In this document: positions 10,493-23,117 of the stretch, one piece after another | How the letters are laid out: the number at the start of each line of letters is the position of its first letter | Position numbering within the stretch: the first letter of the stretch is position 1 | Assembly: GCF_964213995.1 (NCBI RefSeq) | Contig: NC_135825.1 | Span: 31,930,001-31,994,000, forward strand | Source: Mustelus asterias | Taxonomy: Eukaryota | Direction of reading: 5' to 3' | Length of the DNA: 64,000 bases | The notes under the pieces: model-generated | The model's database searches: none | Told to the model about the DNA's origin: nothing | Seen by the model: only the letters and a program-made list of their open reading frames with translations | Translations under genes and position numbers: made by a program

Positions 10493-12344
10493 AACTACAT
10501 GCTGTGTCTATGGGCTCACAAAGAAGGTTGACAGCCAGAGTTCTTTCCTACCATTGGTTGAGACCTGTTCCTTGCTACCTGTTCTCCTGTTCCTCAACAT
10601 CTGCACTGTCCTGCACTGCATGTCTCTTCTGGTTTCTCCAACAAAAAGCAACAAAGTCAGGGGGCTGGCCAGTCAGAGACAAGGACAACAAAAACATTTG
10701 TTTGCATAATGTAATGTGGTAAATGTAGATGCTTTACATGAATGATCATTACAAAAAATTCACACTCTGCATATGCCTACAATTTTGTATTTAGGTAGAT
10801 CTCAAAGTTATCTAATGGCCATAGATAGCAGTTGGAATTGAAACTTTAAGAAGAGGTGCAGTAATACTACCTGATAGCACCATTAAATAAACAATTAAGC
10901 AGCTACTTAATGAGATACTAATGAGATTCCTCTTTAACAGCTAAAGCAGCTGATCTGAAACATAGGAAACTTATTTTACTTAATGGCTGAGACTACAGGC
11001 TTCATTGATATTGTCCAGACAGTTTAGTGACCGCTCATGTACACCTGACACTCAGGCCCTCAGTAGCACAGGTGCTTCTCCACTGCATTCCATGAAAAAA
11101 ACAGAGGAAGACCCAGTGCTTAGTTTTGTAGGTAGTCCATAGGTAGCACATGAGTCCTAGATGCAATGAGCACCTGACTAGGAAACTCACAAGCAGAATT
11201 TTTACAGGTAAGTGGAGGAGTGTTTGGGTATATGTGGGGAGTTAACTCCCCTAAACATGACTTGGGATCTCAACATCACGCTGCCCTGTTCTGGGTTTCA
11301 CCCTGGAAGGTTTGAAGGGGAGTGGGGACCTTCCATGCAGTTGTTGGTTAAGGCATTTAAATATTCTAATAAGCAGTTCGGTTCAATTTTAACTCAGAGT
11401 TCTGGATTTAATAGGACTTTGGACCTACACACTGAGCTGTATGGAACTTGCCAGGGCCATCAATACAGCAGGGAAAGCCACTTCATTGAAACTAGCAGGC
11501 TGAGAAATTTTTGATCAGTGAAACTGAAGAGCTGCAGCCATGGCCAGATAAGAGTTTACAGCCCTAGAGGTATAAGCACAATTTTAGGGACTTTGTGAAA
11601 AAAAAAAATTACCCATCTGAAAAATACTAGGGTAAGTGCGAGATGTCCTGCCCAGTGAGAGAGGTCGACTACCAGTGGTGAAAGGAATGGGAGATGACTT
11701 TCTGTGAGTGCTTTACTTGCATCAGAACTAGGTACAAACAAAAGTAACGTTTACATTTGAGCGTTGGAAAAGTTAGCCCCAATGAAAAGGCCATAATTTC
11801 AGAATCACCCTGCAAACCTGTTGCATCCAGGATTCTTATCGAGTCAATGAGTGTTCAAATGCAAAGCTTGGCTAGAATGCTAGTCTTCCCTTCAGTGGGA
11901 AATTCTAGTTGCTTTGTGCAAGAGAATGCGATAGAGCCTAAAGCAGCGATAATACATTCCCAGTTAGCTGTCATGACATCAGAGGAAGGTTAACAGTCAC
12001 CTGGATGGTCATATATAAACAAGATTTCCAGTACAACTGTGAAGGAATTCCTGTTGATTATCTCCTAAATAAGAGGAGAAGAAAAGCCAGCCAGGCAGGT
12101 TCCACCCATGATGATTCCGACATAGGGCCTGCGATTGTAAAAGATCTCAAGCTATCACTAATATACACCTACACTCAGCATTTGGATACTGATGTTTGGA
12201 GAATGACATATCACTCGAGATCTCCTCAGGAATTCGACCAATTGGTGAAAATCCTGGATACGCTATTTGAATGCAGTGTGGCAGTTTTTCTGATCTCCCC
12301 AGCATCGGATTAGAGCTGGGGGTAGGGGGAGTGGTGATGGGGGG

Positions 12345-12424
12345 GGGAGGGGTGTGGAGGAGGGGGGACGGGAATTGGGGTGGGAGGGGTGTGGAGGAGG
12401 GGGGACGGGAATCGGGGTGGGAGG
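12345..12424 (+). repeat. G-rich 37-bp tandem duplication
   Basis: Units 12345-12381 and 12382-12418 differ at one base. Confidence 0.85.
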
Positions 12425-12796
12425 TACCCAAAAGATGCGGTGGGAAATCCCTATTAGAACAAGTAATGGTTGGCACGGCAATTGCCCAGAAGTGAACTGG
12501 GAAACATCCAAAAAGGCTAGCTAAATTTCTATATTCAGACGTTTCTGCCAGGGTTACATTAATATTTACTCCAAAAAATTAGAAGAATTAGAACCACTTC
12601 TAACTTCCGAGTAGGTATTATGAACATCCAGCCCAATCCCCCAAAGAGGACTCGCCCCACATCCCTGACTACACCCCCACCTCTGAATTCACTCCCTGTA
12701 GGCCCATACTCTCGACTCTGATCTGACACCCTGTTAAATATTTATTTAAGTAGTTGTATGATTGCTTTAAGAGCCAATTTGATGGTGATGTAATTT

Positions 12797-13284
12797 CATA
12801 GAATCCTAGGATCCTCCAGTGCAGAATGAGGCCATTCAGCCCATCAAGTCTGCACCAACTCTCCCACAGAACATCTTACCGAGACCCTATACCGGTAATC
12901 CCACGTGTTTACTAATCCTGCTCATCCCCCTAACCTACACATCTTTGGATACTATATTCAAAGGTTCATAGAATCCTACAGTGCAGAAGGAGACCACTTG
13001 GCCCATCGAGTCTGCACTGACCACAATTCCACCCAGGTCCCATCCCCATAATCCCATGCATTTACCCGAGCTAGTCCCTCTGACACCAAGGAACAATTTT
13101 AGCATGGTCAATCCACCTAACCCGCACATCTTTGGGCTGTGGGAGGAAACCGGAGCACCCGGAGGAAACCCACGCAGACACGGGGAGAATGTGCAAATTC
13201 CACAGATAGTGACCCAAGCCAGGAATCGAACCCCAGTCCCAGGCACTGAGGCGGCAGTGCTAACAACTGTGCCACCGTGCCACC
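12797..13284 (-). mobile_element. Two adjacent HE1-type V-SINEs (3' fragment 12797-12950; full copy 12967-13284)
   Basis: Reverse complement of the V-SINE head, V-domain and CR1 tail. Confidence 0.88.
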
Positions 13285-13903
13285 CCTTCTATTTTTTTTC
13301 TTTTTTAAAAAAAGAGTAAACACATTTTATTTTAGTGGAATTAGTATTATACAAATTGTCAATGTAAACTACGAGTGTGTGTGCGCAATAAGCCACAACA
13401 CTTAAAATAAAAAGACACACATTAAAACTCGAGATAAAACTAGGAAGCATTTGAAATTCACAGAATCTGAAAGAGAAAACCACTTGCCCCATCTTGGAAG
13501 GTAAATGCGTCAATTTTCGACTTCAAGTGTTCTTTTCTCGATTCAAGAGTTCAAAGTCTGATCCAGGCCAATGAAAGAAAATGAACCACCCCTCCTCCAA
13601 ATAAAGATTTGTCAAAATTGAGTTGACCTTCACAGATCCACAAGTCACTGGTTCCATCTTTGGTCTGGACTAACCTCAACTTGGGCACCGAGCATTGGGT
13701 GTATTGGAATTGGCATCAGTGCCCAGACCAAGGAGGAGGGAGAAATAAAGAAGAAAGGTCTTTATTTCTCGGTCTTTATTTGCAGCCTATGTGTGCAAAC
13801 CACATCTTTTGTTTTTGTTTTGAAACCCACAACCTTTAACATAATTAGTACATTGCAAAAAGAAAATTGGCAATGTCAGTTTTTTGTTTCATCAAGAACA
13901 TTT

Positions 13904-14036
13904 TTTGATTTGATTTGATTTATTGTCACATGTATTTACATACAGTGAAAAGTATTGTTTATTGCGCGCTATACAGACAAAACATAATGCTCATAGAGAA
14001 GGAAATGAGAGAATGCAGAATGTAGTCTTACAGTCA
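13904..14036 (-). mobile_element. Rex1/Babar LINE 3' UTR fragment
   Basis: (tttga)n tail and sequence shared with 34985-35467 and 63088-63630. Confidence 0.75.
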
Positions 14037-14143
14037 TCAAGAAAAGGTCCTCACACTTCGAAGGTTAGAAGGCTGGGGTAAATCAACAACATGGTTAAAG
14101 ATTGAAATGCTTGTACAGGAAGACCAAGTAAATAAAAAACTAT

Positions 14144-14271
14144 GGGGGCAATTTTCCCATCTCGCCCGCCATGGGAATTGTAGTGGGCGGGGGAGAGTAT
14201 CATGCAAAGGTCCATTGTCCTTGGGCAGGATTTTCTCGTTTTGGGGCAAGCGTGGCTGGAAAATCCCGCCC
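14144..14271. mobile_element. Short Harbinger-type MITE
   Basis: Same family as 480-605, reverse orientation. Confidence 0.65.
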
Positions 14272-14569
14272 AATGTATGGTTTTAAAAGAGAAGATTTTC
14301 CGAGCAAGGAGGTACGAGATTCCAAACAGTATCTGGAACATTGAAAAGAAGGGATGCTTTGCTGTACGACTGGGCTGTTTGGAAACAAATACTTCAAGCC
14401 AATGGTCTCCAGAGTAAAAAGGAGAGTACGAGGAAGGCAGTAAAAAATATGTACTGAGCAATCTCAAGTTGGGAGAGCCTGCAAGAGAAATGGTGGCTCA
14501 AATAGGCTCCATGGGTTCTTTGAATTAAGAAATTGAATCATGGAGTTCCTATGCAGAATGTTCCCAGTA

Positions 14570-15410
14570 CTTTCTACTGGATAATATTCTAATTACAGGG
14601 TCCAGTGGATGAGAGCACTTGAATCATTTAGAAGCAAAATTGAAACGTTTTCAAGCACATTGTCTGCATATCAAGAAAGGTGTGATGTTTTCCAGATGTT
14701 AGTCCAATATTTTGGTCACGTTATTGATAGTAAAGACCTACATAGAGCATCTAAAGTGATTAATGTTATTTTAGAAGCACCATGTCTGACAAACGTGATG
14801 CAATTGAGGTCTTTTCCAGGGTTAGTAAATTTTTTTTCCTACTTAGCTACATTATTGAAGTCATTGCATAATGAACTATGCGTGAAGCCGTCATGGGACT
14901 GGACAGCAAAATGTGAGAAAGCCTACAAGGAAGTCAAAAATTCTTTGCAGAAATCCGAAGTATTCGTTCATTTTGATCCGAAGCTATCATTACTGCTTGC
15001 TTGCAATGCTTCACCTTTAAAATTCAAAGTTAATTTATTTATTATCACAAGTGGCCTTACATTAACACTGCAATGAATTTACTGTGTAAATCTCCCAGTC
15101 ACCACACTCCGGTGCCTGTTCGGGTACACTGAGGGAGAATTTAGCATGCCCAATGTATCTAACCAGCACGTCTTTCAGACTGTGGGAGGGAACCAGAGCA
15201 CCTGGAGGAAACCTACGCAGACACGGGGAGAACATGCAGACTCTGCACAGACAGTGACCCAAGCCGGGAATCGAACCCGGGTTCCTGGTGCTGTGCGAAC
15301 CACTGTGCCACCGTGTAGGGGGCAGTCGTTTCACATATTACGCCTTTGGGAGAAGCATGACCAATAGCTTTTGCTTCACGCACTCTGACTACTGCTGAAT
15401 CTGAGTATTA
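14570..15410 (+). mobile_element. Gypsy/Ty3 pol remnant (RT thumb to RNase H), split by a SINE
   Basis: VQYFGHVID, QLRSFPGLVNF, WDWTAKCEKAY and HFDPKLSLLLACNASP; resumes after the SINE as GAVVSH...PIAFASRTLTTAE with an in-frame stop. Confidence 0.88.
15020..15315 (-). mobile_element. V-SINE with alternative (Rex1-like) 3' tail
   Basis: V-domain plus the cagtgttaatgtaag...ttgtga...aataaa tail. Confidence 0.85.
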
Positions 15411-15473
15411 TCAATTCTGCGTGCAACATCATAGTAATTTGTTGTCATGACCACAGAAATAAAGGGGGAGGGA

Positions 15474-15681
15474 TGTTATATATTAATTTTCATGATTTCT
15501 ATAAGTGCTGGTCACATGTTTTGATGGCAATGTCATTTGAAGAGCTTCTCAGGCTCCTGCTTTTAGTTTCAGTTTGTACTCTGTGCAGTGCAGAGAACAT
15601 CTCTTTCAACAAACTTATTGTGACTTACTTTAAACCTATGTGTGCGAACCATATCTTTCTTTTTGTTTAAAACCTCCAACA
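15474..15681 (+). mobile_element. 3' LTR of the Gypsy remnant
   Basis: Polypurine tract aaagggggaggga (15461-15473) directly followed by TGTT...AACA. Confidence 0.7.
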
Positions 15682-16500
15682 TAGTTAGGATTTTATACCT
15701 CCCCTCTCCTTCCCCCAACCCAAAGACCGCCTGAGCTGTGGACTTCGACCTGGTTTCCACCCACCTGTGGTTCGAATTGATGCCTCTCCAACAGGGATCT
15801 GACCTTAGCCCTCCCCCCACCACCAAACTCTAATCCAACCCCCCCTGCCTGACTTGCAAATCTGACCTGGCCTTCCAAACCACCAGCCCCTGATCCCCCC
15901 GACCTCTGAACCACCCTCCTGCCCAGATCCTGACCCGACTTCCAACCCTCCGACCGTAACATCATCATTAACACAAGTCAGTACTGGGTTTTCCAGAGAT
16001 TCTACCTTGTCTGAGATTTCTGCAGAATGAGAGTACCAACAAAGGAATGACAGGCAGGCCCAATTGTACAAGAGGTTATGTTCTCTGTCCTCTCACAATA
16101 TGCTTTCTGATTCTTCCCACAGTGCTTCTATGAAGGCCTGCCTTCTCGACCTTACCCATCGCCTGAGGTGTGATGATCCTCAGGTTAACTCACTACCATT
16201 CAGCTCTCTCCCTCAAAACAGATAGCAGTCTATGGTCATCTGGGACTATGGAGACCTTACGTTTGCTTCCATTCCACATTTTACTTCTGAAAAGACACAT
16301 ACTCTCTCTTGTCAGGGCAAGCAGCTGGACTTTAGCAGCATTTGTCCAAAAGAAATCCCGACCCCACCCCTTCTCCTAGCCAATCTGGTCCCATTCTAAC
16401 TTCCAAAAATAGTGATTATCTTTGGTTCAATATTAGCACATAGGCCTAAGACCTGTGTACAGAACGTCAGAATGAAGAGGAAAAATTCTGGTGTGGCTGG

Positions 16501-17340
16501 TATTAGGGACCGGATCATAAACCCCAAAGTATATTATGTAGCTCAACTAGACCCCAACAGTTTTTTTATTTTTGCATTAGTGTGAGGATAAGGTTTTTTA
16601 CTCCAGGTTGATGCTATTGACACACTAGGAAGCTTTTTATCAAACCAAACTCTTTTTAACGGTACAGTTTAACTATAATGAATGAATTAACTTAACTTTT
16701 ACCAATTGGAATACATAAACATGAAAAGATACAGTTCTTAACTGCTAACCTACCTCTATTAGTTCCAATTCAAGTAATATTCCTCTTATGGTCTCAAACC
16801 CCTTTTTAAAATCAGTTAGCAAACCCCATAGCTTATGTGCTTGTAATTGTTAACAGTCCTAGAGCCTTTAAATACCTCTGGAAAGAGAGATGGGGAGACA
16901 GTTGTCTTCTGCCAGCCCCAAACAGAAGACTCCAGAGAGAGAGAGAGAGAGACAGAAAGACCCCTCTTGCTTCTTTCAAGCAGAAGCTGACTGCTTTTTT
17001 CCCTGTAAGCTTAGCTCTGCCAATTAGCACATGATTGTGTCTGTCAATAAAACTAATCAAAATGCTCCTAATGTTCATGTTTTCTTTCAATTAGCTGCAG
17101 GTTATCCCATGAGCACATTATTATTGAAATTGTGACATTTAAACACTTCCAATAAGTGTGAATCCAATGGACAGTTTAGTTTTAGATTAAATGGCTTTTT
17201 AATAAAATGTGTAATTGTTTGGTACTATATACCTTTTGCTCCGAGGGGAAACAAAAAGTTCATTATAAAGATGTTGCAATCAATTCTAACTGGGTGATTA
17301 TTAACAGAATTGACTTAAACTTCGTAAAAGAAAAATAAAC
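16501..17340 (-). mobile_element. Degenerate LTR
   Basis: Homologous to 1800-2080; contains an (AG)n run. The far boundary is uncertain. Confidence 0.5.
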
Positions 17341-17707
17341 ATAATGATTGCTAAAAAGAAACAATAACAAGAGATTAGAGAAAATTACTTCTCTCAAAAT
17401 ATATATGAGAATGTTTTACCCTGACTGGTTTCAAAGCTGTATATTGTGTATGTCTATATTGAGTGCACAATACAGTTTTTAAAAATTGGCAATATATTGA
17501 TCAACTACTAACATTCAGCCAATTCTCGAACAATAAAGGTAAAATCACCATAGGCTTTGATGGGGAGAGCTGACTGGTGGTGATTTAACCTGAGGATCAC
17601 CACACCTCAGACGAGGGGCAAGGTTGAGAATGTGGGCCTTCATGAATAACCTCACCCTGTATGGGAATTTGAAGGAGGGCACAGCCTATTTTATTCTGTT
17701 ATGTGAT

Positions 17708-17973
17708 TGTGATAATCCCCAGGATTTATATGGGGATCATTGATTGACCACCCTGCAGGGCCTGTAGAATACAAGCTCCCTGGTGATTGGCAATTTTTTG
17801 ACCAGGTGGAGCTCGTATACAGAGCCCTTTATAAAGCAAGCCCCTGAGTGCGTCCATTGTGCATTGTCCTGGTTGGGACCTGCTTGTGTACATTACAGGC
17901 TTGTGGTTCTGCTTCACTTCATCTTGTGCAATAAAGCACTCTTCCTTTACAGCTGACTCTTGAAGTTATTATA
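17708..17973 (+). mobile_element. Solo LTR (Gypsy-like, 266 bp)
   Basis: 5-bp TSD GTGAT (17703-17707/17974-17978); termini TGTGATAA...TTATTATA; TATAAA near 17830 and AATAAA near 17930. Confidence 0.72.
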
Positions 17974-18400
17974 GTGATAATATAGAATATCTTCAAGTAT
18001 AGAATATAGACTTTTGCTTCCATACCTTGCCATGCTTTGCAAATGGTTTAGTTATTTTGAGGAAGTAGTGTATAATATATTTATTTTAAGTCACATTCAC
18101 TTAAATTGATATCCTCAACTTTAGCTTTCCTGCTTACCTCAACGTAATATTTGAACCTTATATTTTCTACTCGATTACTATTTCATATGACTCAGTAACT
18201 CAGCCAGTAATTCCATTCTTTCCTCACACTCATAGCTTAACTAAATGTATAAAAACAAAACTTGATGTAACCAATCATGGCTGCCTGATTATACCATCTT
18301 CCCTTTTGCTCTTTTTATGTTTGGCAGTGTCTCCTTCATGTAGGTCTTGTGGTGGTGAGTAGCATCCCTGCCTCTGAGACAGAAGCTCCAGGTTCAAGTC

Positions 18401-19655
18401 TGTAGCGGGATCCCTCTTTTTAACTACACTGGGCTTATTTTAGGTTTGGTTCTCCGTCACCCAAACCCCACCAATGCCCGAGTGATTCTCTCTCTTGCCG
18501 ATGAAACAATGGCCACCTTGCGTCTACTTCACTAGAGTAGCGCTCCCAAGAGAGAGAAAAGGAAACTGCTGCCTATCCACTACCTGGCAGCCTTTCCTGA
18601 GTGGGCGGTTTCGAAGCGCCCAGGGTACCCTCAGTTCTAGACTCCGGAATTATGGTAAGGAATATTTATATTGTGACTTAGTCAGAGATCATTGGTGAGA
18701 AATTGAAAAGATCAAAACGGACTCCAACGGAAGTCAAAGATATATATATGTATATATATTTATTAAAACATCAAGGTCAAAGGTCACCAAACACCAGGAA
18801 AACAACACACCATGCCTTATGCTCTATAAGACTATAACTATGGAAGGAAATACTAAAACGGACACCTCAGAATTCTTACTTTATACAAGTTTACCAGTGT
18901 CTTAAACTATGAAAGGTGCATGCAAAAGCCCCCCCACTTTCCCCAAAGCCTCATCCACTATGATGATCTCGGGAACTTCACGAATTACCAGGGGATACTC
19001 ACAATCCTAGTTTAAATTGCTCAGTGGGCTTCAGGCTGCGTACTGGAGACGACCGAGTGGAGAGTGCTGTCATGCTGGTCCGAAGAGAAAAGGAGGGAGA
19101 AATGGCCGACCTGACCATCCTTTTATATTGTAAACTTGAATTATTTTCCTGCCAACTCCGCCCCCCTTCCAACCGGCAGTTTCCACAGACAAAGGCTTGC
19201 TAGGGTTATCTGCAGCTGCGATCTTACAGTCCATAGAGACCAGATGGTCCCATCCCAGGTGATAGGTCCCTTGCTGTCCTGTATTGTTCCATCGGAGATC
19301 GTTTAATTGTTTTCCCATTAGGGAAATGGGCTTCTCCTCGCTCTGGGACAAGGCCATTATCACCTGTATTGAGTCCAGACCAGGTGCATTGTCTTGCTGC
19401 CGGCCTAGTCTGGTGATGTCGTCAGGTCCTTTTGTGCTGCTGATAACCTAATCAGCGGTCTGTCTGGTTTCTGGCTGCTTGCAATTTTTGGACTGGGCCC
19501 CTTCACACACACACACACACACACAGGCTGGCTGGGCTCCCTGGGACATTTTTGGTCAAGTCCTACAGCCAAGTGTGGCCACTTTCACAGTTCTTTAGGG
19601 TTCAAGTCCTTTTCCCAGCTCATAAAAAAGGCCTGAGTTGCTCGAAAAACTTACA
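18401..19655 (-). mobile_element. Large solo LTR (1255 bp) inserted into a tRNA-derived SINE
   Basis: TGTA...TACA termini; 4-bp TSD AGTC (18397-18400/19656-19659); minus-strand GC box, TATAAAA (19121-19127) and AATAAA (18759-18764). The host SINE has its B-box-like ggttcaagtc just before the insertion and continues after it. Confidence 0.82.
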
Positions 19656-19920
19656 AGTCTCACACCAAGACTTGCTAGCCATGGAAGGGGCATTCATAAT
19701 GCAGCCAATCAAGTAAAGTATCAATCTGCAAATCCTTCCAACACACGATAATTGCAGGTGGTAAGAGAGAGAGAGATTCTGGATCAGTCACACAATGGAA
19801 AGAAAATTGCAGCTTCTACTATCACTATTCATAGCTCCAGACTACAACATATGTGAAATAGTGCATGCTGCTACATCCATGTGGAGTCTTTGGGGAAACT
19901 GTTGGCTGAATGGCCAGTTT

Positions 19921-20227
19921 AAAGTTTATTTTATTAGTGTCACAAGTAGGCTTACATTAATATTGTAATGAAGGTACTGTGAAAATCCCCTAGTCGCCAC
20001 ACTCCGGCACCTGTTCAGGTACATTGAGGGATAATTTAGCATGGCCAATGCACATAACCAGTGCGTCTTTCGGACTGTGGGAGGAAACCGGAACACACGG
20101 AGGAAACCCACGCCAGACATGGGGAAAATGTGCAGACTCCGCACAGATGGTGACCCAAGCCAGGAATCGAACCTAGACCCCTGGCGCTATGAGGCAGCCG
20201 TACTTATCCCTGTGCCACCATGCAGCC
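19921..20227 (-). mobile_element. V-SINE with alternative (Rex1-like) tail
   Basis: Same structure as 15020-15315. Confidence 0.85.
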
Positions 20228-20472
20228 CAGTGTGAATCAGATTGGTTCCAACAGCATGGGGTTTCATACCCCGTTCCAGCTGGGGTGCATTTGGGACCTG
20301 CCTCCTTGCCCTTCTCATGGTGAAGATTGCAGTACTGTGGGTCAGACCTGCCTTTCGGCGGAGATCTAAGGAATAAGTGTCTCGCAGTACCACCACTTCA
20401 GGGGTGTCTCAACGTATAGTGATTGTGAGTCTCAGCATGCAAAGATTGTAATTCCAATATTGGGCAGCATAT

Positions 20473-21226
20473 TCTGACAATGCGGCATGCACTCAGTAGT
20501 ACCTATGATGTGTAGTCACTTCTGTAACGTAGGAAAATATAATCGACAAGTTGCACACAGCAAGGTTCCACAACCAACTTGAAATAAGTAACCTAGATAA
20601 CCAGCACCCACTGAATTATTGTGATTGAATAACCAAGAATATGGTTTGATTACAAATGATTATGGGAGTATTGGTGGTAACATAGTGAGAGGATTGCGAA
20701 ACATAAAAATAGAAGGAAATTACACCTGAACAGAGTCTTTCACACCTTCTGGAAATCCCTAAAATGCCTCTTGGCCAACATATTCATTTTCAAAATGTTA
20801 CTGTCCTTTTTATAAGAAAACATAATAGCCAGAAGCAAGGTTCAGAAACAATAATAAAATGAACAAACAAATAATTTCTGTTGGAGGATGAATGTTGGCC
20901 CCGACACCAAGATGACGATCTGCTCTTCTGCAACAAAAAGTTTCATAAAAAACATTTTTGTCTATTTGAACAATGAAACAGGGCCTGAAATTATTATCTC
21001 ATCTAATTGATGTAACTCTGACAATGCAGCACTCACTCAGTGGTACTAATGATGTGTAGTCACTTTTGTAATGTAGGAAAATGTTATCGGCAAGTTGCAT
21101 TCAACAAGGTTCCACAAACAGCATGAGATAACCAACCTAGATAGTCAGAACCCACTGAATTATTGTGATTGAATAACCAAGAATATGATTTGGTTATAAG
21201 TTATTGTGGGAGTTTGGTGGTAACAT
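20473..21226 (+). repeat. ~210-bp local direct repeat (20473-20683 and 21017-21226) containing Deu-SINE-like pieces
   Basis: Collinear copies sharing e.g. cccactgaattattgtgattgaataaccaagaatatg. Confidence 0.8.
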
Positions 21227-21977
21227 TTGCATCACAGAAGTGTCAGGCACTGATCATCTCCAGCAAGAAAGAATTTAACCATCGCCCCTTGACATTCAAT
21301 GGCATTATCATCACTGAATTCTCCACTATCAACATCATGAGGGTTACCATTGACCAGAAACTCAACTAAACCAGCCATATAAATACTGTGATTATATGAG
21401 CAGGTCAGAGGCTAGAAATCCTGTGGTGAGTAACTCACCTCCTGACCTCCCAAAGCCTGTTCACCATCTACAAGGCACAAGTCTGGAGTGTAATGGAATA
21501 CTCTACATTTGCTTGGATGAATGCATCTCCAACAGCATTCACGAAACTTGACGCCATCCACGACAAAGTAGCCCACTTGATTGGCACCCCTTCTACAGAC
21601 ATTCATTCTCTCCACCACTGACACACAGTAGCAGCAGTGTGTACCATCTACAAGTTGCACCATAGGAACTCACCAAGGCTCCTTATACAGCATCTTCTAA
21701 ACCCCAAATTGCTACCATCTAGTAGGACAAAGGCAGCAGATGCATGGGACCATCACCTGCTGGTTCCCCTCCACATGCCTTCCTGACTTGATATATATAT
21801 TGCCGTTTCATCACAGTCACTGGGTTGAAATCCTGGAACTCTCTCCTTACTGTGGGTGTAACTACATTATTGGACCACAGCAGTTCTAGAAGACAGCTCA
21901 ACACTACCTTCTCGAGGGCAACTAGGCAGGGGTATGAATGCTGGGCTCACATACATACTTTGAATGAATTATAAAAA
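21227..21977 (+). mobile_element. L2/Crack-clade LINE 3' fragment
   Basis: PLTFNGI, VTIDQKLN and YKAQV.SVMEYS motifs; 3' tail tgaatgaat. Confidence 0.7.
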
Positions 21978-22589
21978 GTTACACTTGAGGTTAAAATAAT
22001 TTGATTCTGTCCATATTTTTGGGGAAAATTGTAAGTCAGTGAGTATCTTTGATTAAGTGGCTTGTTTGTTTAGATCAACATTTAAATTAAGTTTTACCTG
22101 TATTTTAATGTTCTGGATCCAGTTGATTATGATGTGGGAGCAGTGCAGAAAAAAAATGAGGATGTGGAATGATGTGAATTGTAGTGTTGGCTAAAAAGTT
22201 TTTAGAGAAAGTTTTCCCCAGCACCGAGACAGAGAAAGGATGTTTCTGAAGCCTGTTTGCTGAGCTCAGATTTCAGTTTATCAGCCAAACCCAGACCATG
22301 GCAAATGACCAGCTGTTCAGTGCTGGTCATTGGAGACTCAATGGTGGGAAAAAATGCCCTGAGCTCTGCAGTCTTGGCAAGAATTATGGATACATCAAAG
22401 ACAATAAGGGGAGAAAAACATCCTTTATAATCCTGCATTTAGTTGGAAAAACATCTGTGGGAGCAAAGAGGAAAAAAATAAGCTAATCAAAAATACTTGT
22501 CACTCAAAATGTTATAATATAAATAATTGGAGTCAGATTATTTTCAGGGAATTACAGACTTTACATCTTAAGCTAGCTCTTTTGGTCTC

Positions 22590-23117
22590 CTGACTTGAGA
22601 AAGGATATGCTGGCACTGGAGGGAGTGCAGAGGAGATTCACTAGGTTGATTCCGGAGTTGAGATGGTTGAGAGGAGAGACTGAGTAGACTGGGTCTATAC
22701 TCATTGGAATTCATAAGAATGAGGGGAGATCTTATAGAAACATATAAGATTATGAAGGGAATAGATAAGATAGAAGCAGGGAAGTTGTTTCCACTGGCAG
22801 GTGAAACTAGAACTAGGGAGCAAGGCCTCAAAATAAGGGGGAGCAGATTTAGGACTGAGTTGAGGAGGAACTTCTTCACACAAAGGGTTGTGAATCTGTG
22901 GAATTCCCTGCCCAGTGAAGCAGTTGAGGCTACCTCATTGAATGTTTTTAAGGCAAGGATAGATAACGTTTTGTACAGTAAAGGAATTAAGTGTTATGGT
23001 GAGCGGGTGGGTAAGTGGAACTGAGTCCACAAAAAGATCAGCCATGATCTTATTGAATGGCAGAGCAGTCTTGAGGGGCCAGATGGCCTACTCCTGCTCC
23101 TAGTTCTTATGTTCTTA
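22590..23117 (+). mobile_element. 5'-truncated CR1 LINE
   Basis: RMRGDLIETYKIMKG...FFTQRVVNLWNSLP; tail of ttcttatg repeats. Confidence 0.93.

Noticed and set aside
11520-12313. ORFs 11757-11993 and 12005-12313 as host exons or a Harbinger Myb/SANT gene
   Set aside because: No recognisable motif or consistent splice sites; could be decayed transposon sequence but cannot be assigned.
22304-22331. 10-bp stem hairpin containing CAGTG (IRE-like)
   Set aside because: CAGUGN is not presented on a proper 5-bp upper stem with a bulged C, and a 10-bp stem can arise by chance.
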